This document shows positions 15,424 through 20,000 of a stretch of DNA of 20,000 nt, piece by piece. The DNA comes from an uncultured virus (IMG/VR IMGVR_UViG_3300021400_004107) (Duplodnaviria > Heunggongvirae > Uroviricota > Caudoviricetes): the IMG/VR virus record IMGVR_UViG_3300021400_004107; one strand, 5' to 3'. Position 1 is the stretch's first letter. Every line of letters starts with the position of its first letter. The position numbers and the translations under genes are program-made. The notes under the pieces are model-generated. The model did not search any database. It was given only the letters and a program-made list of their open reading frames with translations, and had not been told where the DNA came from.

Positions 15424-15702
15424 ATGAGTGAAGAATTATTTGACCAGCTTGTTTCGCTAATTGAGTATTGCACCCGAATGGCTGCTTCGTCTCTGATCGT
15501 AGGCATTGTGTGCATTATCGGTATCTTTATCACATTGCTCTGCCTCGTCGTTATCGACAGGAAGATAAACTACATGCGTAAAGCGTTAAACATCGCGCCT
15601 GAAGACTCGCCTAAGAGCGCATTCTGCCTTTTCAAGAAGACGTCTAAGGACGCTGCCGCTAAGGCAGATAATGTTATCGACCAGAAACTGTCACATAAAT
15701 GA
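15424..15702 (+). CDS. Hypothetical single-TM protein
   Basis: RBS aaagga; hydrophobic segment. Confidence 0.65.
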   Translation: MSEELFDQLVSLIEYCTRMAASSLIVGIVCIIGIFITLLCLVVIDRKINYMRKALNIAPEDSPKSAFCLFKKTSKDAAAKADNVIDQKLSHK

Positions 15703-15718
15703 AGGGGTTAAAAAGAAC

Positions 15719-16042
15719 ATGACTAATTTTGAGCTTATAACATCGGCACCTTATTGCCTTCTTAAGAACCACGAGTGGCTTATGGACCACTATCACAACA
15801 TCGCAGATCGTATCAACTGGGAGGAGTGGCTCCAGTCAGAGGTGGGCAAGAAGCCGTCCGACTTCGTGATAAATGCACAGCGTGGTTTCTACTCGGATGA
15901 TGAAGGTAAGAATGAAGTTGAATGCATGATTCTGGGTCAGTGCGAGATGTTCGGTCAGGATTATATCCGTCTTACTACAGAGCTTGACGACCGTTGGACT
16001 ATACTGAGCGTGCCTGCGCATAAAGTGCGCATTACAGGGTGA
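15719..16042 (+). CDS. Hypothetical protein
   Basis: ATG 15719 after aagggg, in frame with track ORF 15671-16042. Confidence 0.65.
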   Translation: MTNFELITSAPYCLLKNHEWLMDHYHNIADRINWEEWLQSEVGKKPSDFVINAQRGFYSDDEGKNEVECMILGQCEMFGQDYIRLTTELDDRWTILSVPAHKVRITG

Positions 16043-16048
16043 CAAACG

Positions 16049-16618
16049 GTGATTGCCAGAGATCATATCATCACAGGAACGGCTTCGGCCGTTTTTTTAT
16101 GCTCTGCGGTATATACCGTCGCATATAATGTCGACCTGGGCTTGATCTCTTCTGCGTGTTCGTCTGCGATCTCGTACCTGTCGGAGGTATCTTCGCTCTA
16201 TAAGCTCTGTGCTGTTCCTTTATATATCTTCGGACTCATTCTGCCTGACTGCGACATGCGTACATCCGTAGTCGGGCGCTTTTTTTATATCCCCGTTAAG
16301 CATCGCACCTGGACGCATTCTGTATGGTTCGTCCTGCCGTGGTTCGTGCTTTCTTACTGGTTCCCGCCTCTGGTCGCACTGGCTTTCGGCATTTGCTTAC
16401 ACGACTGGTGGGACGGTCTTTCGAACGGCGGGGTGTGCTTCTTTTATCCCATAACCAAGTATCGTGACATGCCTACCGGTGCGCACTATAAGCCCAATCA
16501 CAGGGGCTTTTATGCTACCGGTTCGGGTGACGAGACTTTCCTTACCGTAGCTGCATCTTTGTTCGCCGTTCTGGCAGTAGCGTACGCCGTCCTGTTCCAC
16601 AAAATTCATTTGCTTTAG
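16049..16618 (+). CDS. YdjM-like membrane-bound metal-dependent hydrolase
   Basis: N-terminal H, G..LPDCD, HRTWTHS, H..WD.L..GGV..FYP motifs and several TM helices. Confidence 0.8.
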   Translation: MIARDHIITGTASAVFLCSAVYTVAYNVDLGLISSACSSAISYLSEVSSLYKLCAVPLYIFGLILPDCDMRTSVVGRFFYIPVKHRTWTHSVWFVLPWFVLSYWFPPLVALAFGICLHDWWDGLSNGGVCFFYPITKYRDMPTGAHYKPNHRGFYATGSGDETFLTVAASLFAVLAVAYAVLFHKIHLL

Positions 16619-16630
16619 GAGATTTTCAGT

Positions 16631-17344
16631 ATGACCTTGGATGAATATAACGCAGTTAAAGGCATGAACTACAACGAGTTTTGTGAACATCTCAAGGCGA
16701 AGTACGGCATTGCTACAGAAGATTATTACCTACCGGGCTTTGTTCGTAATAACAAGGTGTCCAGGACAAGAGAAGGGCTCTTTGCGCATCATGTTATGGA
16801 AGACCGCGCAATACTTCTGTCTACCCGTGAGGTAGCTATGACACATCCCATGTCGTACCAGTCTAAAGAGAATCTTGTCTATTGCGACTGGGTAGAGCAT
16901 CTGTATCTCCATCTTCTCATAGCAGAGAATCCTGCTCCGGGCGCGGAGGAAGGCGTCGGCATCGGGGGCTGCATTTCGTTTCTCGTACCGCAGCTTAATG
17001 ACGTTTTTGCCGGATTCAGGTCGGACAAGGAGTGGGAGCAAAACTGCATCAACAAGGTCTTCGATGAAGAGACGGGCTTTGATGCGTATATGGCTGTTGT
17101 GGCCAGACTCAAAGTGCATCTGGCAAAACTCCTAACAGGAGATTCGTCCGTCATAGACCTCGATGCATTAAACGAACACTGCAACTATTACCTGTGCAGC
17201 TCGGCCCACGAGGAGGACTCGCATGGAATGCCTAATCAGGCTTTCGTCGCTGAGTATGGCAGCAGACTGGAGTCTTTTATCTATGCACCTATAAGGAATA
17301 TGCCTACGGGATTCAGTCTGTCTTTGCCCGGATTACATTACTAA
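16631..17344 (+). CDS. HNH-like nuclease-domain protein
   Basis: HHVMED...NLVYCDWVEHLYLH matches the HNH beta-beta-alpha-metal pattern; RBS aggag. Confidence 0.55.
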   Translation: MTLDEYNAVKGMNYNEFCEHLKAKYGIATEDYYLPGFVRNNKVSRTREGLFAHHVMEDRAILLSTREVAMTHPMSYQSKENLVYCDWVEHLYLHLLIAENPAPGAEEGVGIGGCISFLVPQLNDVFAGFRSDKEWEQNCINKVFDEETGFDAYMAVVARLKVHLAKLLTGDSSVIDLDALNEHCNYYLCSSAHEEDSHGMPNQAFVAEYGSRLESFIYAPIRNMPTGFSLSLPGLHY

Positions 17345-17365
17345 AGAAAGGACTCAATATCCAAC

Positions 17366-18025
17366 ATGGCTAAGAATAACAAAAGAAGGGAAGCAGAGCC
17401 CGGGGATCTTGTTTTCCCGGACAATAACTTCCTCAACAAGATGTACTCGGACGCGTTTAATCACCGATGTTCCGTCTTCAAGCGTCCGTTCGTTGTGATC
17501 GGTAAGCATCGTAACAGACCGTATCTTTCGATCATCGCACCCTTGTCGTCCAAGTTCTATTACAACTATATAAAGCTCAAGAGACGATACGATCTGGGCC
17601 TTGAAAACCCTCGCGCACCTTCGATCATACTTGTGTCCAACGACGCACACAAGTCTCAGGGCTTCTACAACGCAGCTCTGATGATGGATCAGGCTATCAT
17701 CGTGCCGACTAAGTCATTATGCGTATATAAGAAAGCACATACGGAATGGCATCTGGACCTACCCAGACGACCCATAAGGCCATCGGTGCCATTTGATGAT
17801 CCGCAATATCCGTTTATCCTGGCTCGCTACGAGAAGGCAGAAGACGAGTGGGAGAAATGCACGGACAAGTCTTTGTTCAGTCCTAAGGTAAATATCAACC
17901 TGATCGTTTCGCAAGGCAGAGACATGATCAAGACTTTGTACGAAACAGGCAAGATGGAGACCGACCTGGATGTTGCGATTGGCAGGTCTGAGGGGCTTCT
18001 TCATCCCGACATGTTCGACTTCTGA
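17366..18025 (+). CDS. PemK/MazF-like endoribonuclease with C-terminal extension
   Basis: PGDLVF...KRPFVVIG...IIAPLSS...ALMMDQAIIVP follows the MazF motif order. Confidence 0.6.
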   Translation: MAKNNKRREAEPGDLVFPDNNFLNKMYSDAFNHRCSVFKRPFVVIGKHRNRPYLSIIAPLSSKFYYNYIKLKRRYDLGLENPRAPSIILVSNDAHKSQGFYNAALMMDQAIIVPTKSLCVYKKAHTEWHLDLPRRPIRPSVPFDDPQYPFILARYEKAEDEWEKCTDKSLFSPKVNINLIVSQGRDMIKTLYETGKMETDLDVAIGRSEGLLHPDMFDF

Positions 18026-18036
18026 GGTGAGACGAT

Positions 18037-18288
18037 ATGAGAAATATACACAATGAACTCGTCTCTTCCCGTGAAGTTTATCAGTTCGCGGATCACCGCC
18101 CGGAAGACCTCTACAAGCAGGTGATCTCCATGACTTTGTACCGACTGGAAACTATGCTCGAGGGTTCTCAGAACTTCGAGTCGGAAGAGTCGTGGCTTTT
18201 TAGACGAGACATATCTTCTACAGCAGAAAGTATTCGTGCCGCTTTAGGTATCAGCGAAGCAATGGCTTCGGAGGACGACCCGTTATGA
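18037..18288 (+). CDS. Hypothetical acidic protein
   Basis: RBS gaggtg; ATGA overlap with the next gene. Confidence 0.65.
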   Translation: MRNIHNELVSSREVYQFADHRPEDLYKQVISMTLYRLETMLEGSQNFESEESWLFRRDISSTAESIRAALGISEAMASEDDPL

Positions 18289-18917
18289 GATATATGACAC
18301 ATTACCAGAGAGTTAATGCGTATAAGCACATCAGCCGGGACAACTGGACACTGGACATGACTGCACGTAAGTACGGCGTATCCGTATCAGCTGTCGAGGC
18401 CATGCTCAGAAGTCAGAAGAAGAATGCAAAGATCGGCCTTGGCTGGGAGGCAGTCGCCAAGATCTGCGACGAGCGTGATGCCGGACTTAATGTCAGGGAC
18501 ATCTCGCTGTATTGGAACGTGCCTGAGAGGGTCATTCTTACCTTAAAAAGAGATGCAGACTTCGTGCCGGGACGAGAGCCCGGGCCGTCCGGATATGTGT
18601 TCCCCAGGGACAAGTATGATGTGTTTATCGCTGACTATGACCGTATTCCGCCCAAGACAATGACTCGTAAGGATATAGCGGCGAAGTATGGACTTACCGA
18701 GAATCAGCTGAACTGGATAACTTCGGGTAATGCCAAGAATTCACGCATCGTTTCTCCTGAAGTTAAAGAGCAGATCATGAAAGACATCGAGGCTTTGAAT
18801 AGCAAGAGTATCAGGCGCCTGGCGGATAAGTACGACATCCCTTACGATATCGCGAGGAGCTGGATAGGTAATCACTTAAAGGAGCTTAAAGAAGCTGAAG
18901 CTGCCTTGGGCAGATAG
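18285..18917 (+). CDS. Multi-helix-turn-helix DNA-binding protein
   Basis: Four HTH-like segments: TARKYGVSVSAV, DISLYWNVPERVI, DIAAKYGLTENQL and RLADKYDIPYDIA. Confidence 0.7.
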   Translation: MRYMTHYQRVNAYKHISRDNWTLDMTARKYGVSVSAVEAMLRSQKKNAKIGLGWEAVAKICDERDAGLNVRDISLYWNVPERVILTLKRDADFVPGREPGPSGYVFPRDKYDVFIADYDRIPPKTMTRKDIAAKYGLTENQLNWITSGNAKNSRIVSPEVKEQIMKDIEALNSKSIRRLADKYDIPYDIARSWIGNHLKELKEAEAALGR

Positions 18918-19028
18918 GAGAGAGGGTACAGCTGGAGAGTGGCATTGTTTTCAATCTTCGTTATACTATAGATGTACAGTTAAGTACATTAGGCGATTCC
19001 CAGCAATAAGCGGGGGCCTTAAAATTCT

Positions 19029-19058
19029 ACGGGAGTGTTAGTGCACTCCCGTTTTTTT
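19029..19058 (+). terminator. Rho-independent terminator
   Basis: ACGGGAGTG/CACTCCCGT stem followed by a T-run. Confidence 0.85.
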
Positions 19059-19084
19059 GTATTTAAAGATAAGGAAGAAGGTAT

Positions 19085-19780
19085 ATGGTAGATAACTTAA
19101 GTCCGATTCAAAGGTCAATCATAGGAGCGCTGGGTCCCTTAGGCCCGGGTGCGGGGCTGGTCTATTCGAAGGGCCTTTACAGGGAGATTTGCGGAGAAAA
19201 GCCGGTGCCTGAGGAAGCGTTTGCCAGAGCTTTGAGGACTATGCCGGAGCGCCCGTTCGGGGATGACTACGTCTTTCACAAGGTCTGTAACGGCGTCTAT
19301 GTCGTGGCATCTCCGGAGAGTCAGAAGCGCGATCTGACACAGGTTGCAAAAGACATCTTAAGGTCTGATTTGAGCTGCTGGATGTCTGACGATGCGTATA
19401 TGGTCGGGGCCAGTTTTAAAGAGGAGTTAGACCTTAAGATACAGGCCGGGCCGCTGTACATTGCAGTCAATGAGCGACTCTTTCCCAAGGCGTACGAAGA
19501 CGTATTCGAGGTGTATCAGAGGCAGGCGCCGTATCCCATAGACAAGAAGACAAAGTGGATCCTGGCGCTGCTTGACTACTTCAAAGACAACAAGGATATC
19601 CCTGACGAAGAGTGGGCAAAAGTGGTCAGTCTCCTGGGCGGTAAACTCATGGATCGGAACATGGCAGGTATGGCTTTTGCCATCGCGGATCAGTGCTATT
19701 CGCGCCGCGTCATGGACCGTTTGACTGACTTTATGCAGCGTGCCGGCAGGGAGTACGAGGCATACAGACAGAGCAGATAA
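19085..19780 (+). CDS. AbiEi/DUF6088-like winged-helix protein (divergent)
   Basis: N-terminal LYRE...EEAFARALRTM...HKVCNGVYVV resembles the AbiEi N-terminal wHTH, and ALLDY resembles the C-terminal domain. Confidence 0.45.
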   Translation: MVDNLSPIQRSIIGALGPLGPGAGLVYSKGLYREICGEKPVPEEAFARALRTMPERPFGDDYVFHKVCNGVYVVASPESQKRDLTQVAKDILRSDLSCWMSDDAYMVGASFKEELDLKIQAGPLYIAVNERLFPKAYEDVFEVYQRQAPYPIDKKTKWILALLDYFKDNKDIPDEEWAKVVSLLGGKLMDRNMAGMAFAIADQCYSRRVMDRLTDFMQRAGREYEAYRQSR

Positions 19781-19793
19781 CAGCATTTATCAA

Positions 19794-19836
19794 CCCCGGT
19801 GTTTCCTTCTAAGGAGGCATCGGGGCTTTATTTTTT
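19794..19836 (+). terminator. Rho-independent terminator
   Basis: CCCCGGTGTTTCCTT/AAGGAGGCATCGGGG stem followed by a T-rich tract. Confidence 0.8.
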
Positions 19837-20000
19837 GCCCTGCGAACGAACAATCGTTCTGTGTATTATTTGTCGGAAATTTCGCTGTTTTTGACCAAAA
19901 AAGGCACTTTTTTCGACAGAGCCGTTAGTGAAATTGCATAGTGAGCACTCTTTCTTTTACAGCACGTTGCACAATAAATGTAACGAGATGTGTAAATCTG

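Noticed and set aside
15423..15432. Match of array spacer 1 (reverse complement TATGAGTGAA) to the start of ORF 15424
   Set aside because: Only 10 nt match and the upstream SD region differs; compatible with chance.
1089..19928. Minus-strand and nested ORFs in the track
   Set aside because: Nearly all overlap better-supported + strand genes that have RBSs and tight operon packing; 19740-19928 spans a terminator.
1..20000. Stop-codon reassignment (alternative genetic code)
   Set aside because: Genes pack tightly under the standard code using TAA, TAG and TGA stops, and no suppressor tRNA is seen.

Overview
This gene-dense 20-kb window is essentially all + strand and looks like part of a large mobile element (jumbo phage, megaplasmid or phage-plasmid) of a Gram-positive, probably Clostridia-like, host; no replication, capsid or conjugation hallmark gene is present, so the element type is inferred. 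It starts with the 3' part of a VaFE-repeat (T-Q ester bond domain) cell-wall adhesin and its class B sortase. About 35 short phage/plasmid-type ORFs follow, including ASCH-like, RES-like, FlbD-like, GNAT-like, guanylate kinase-like, YdjM-like, HNH-like, MazF/PemK-like, multi-HTH and AbiEi/DUF6088-like proteins. The most unusual part is a ~2-kb RNA island (about 8990-11000). It holds tRNA-Thr(CGU), an initiator tRNA-Met with an atypical anticodon loop, a tmRNA (tag ANEPELAVA) and tRNA-Lys(UUU). It also holds several unexplained structured RNAs, notably a 150-nt tRNA-shaped RNA whose anticodon loop is replaced by a nested domain with two extra T-loop hairpins, and a promoter-to-terminator small RNA made of short repeats separated by 31-37 nt spacers that read as antisense to translation-start regions. 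All family calls come from motif recognition by eye, not database searches.
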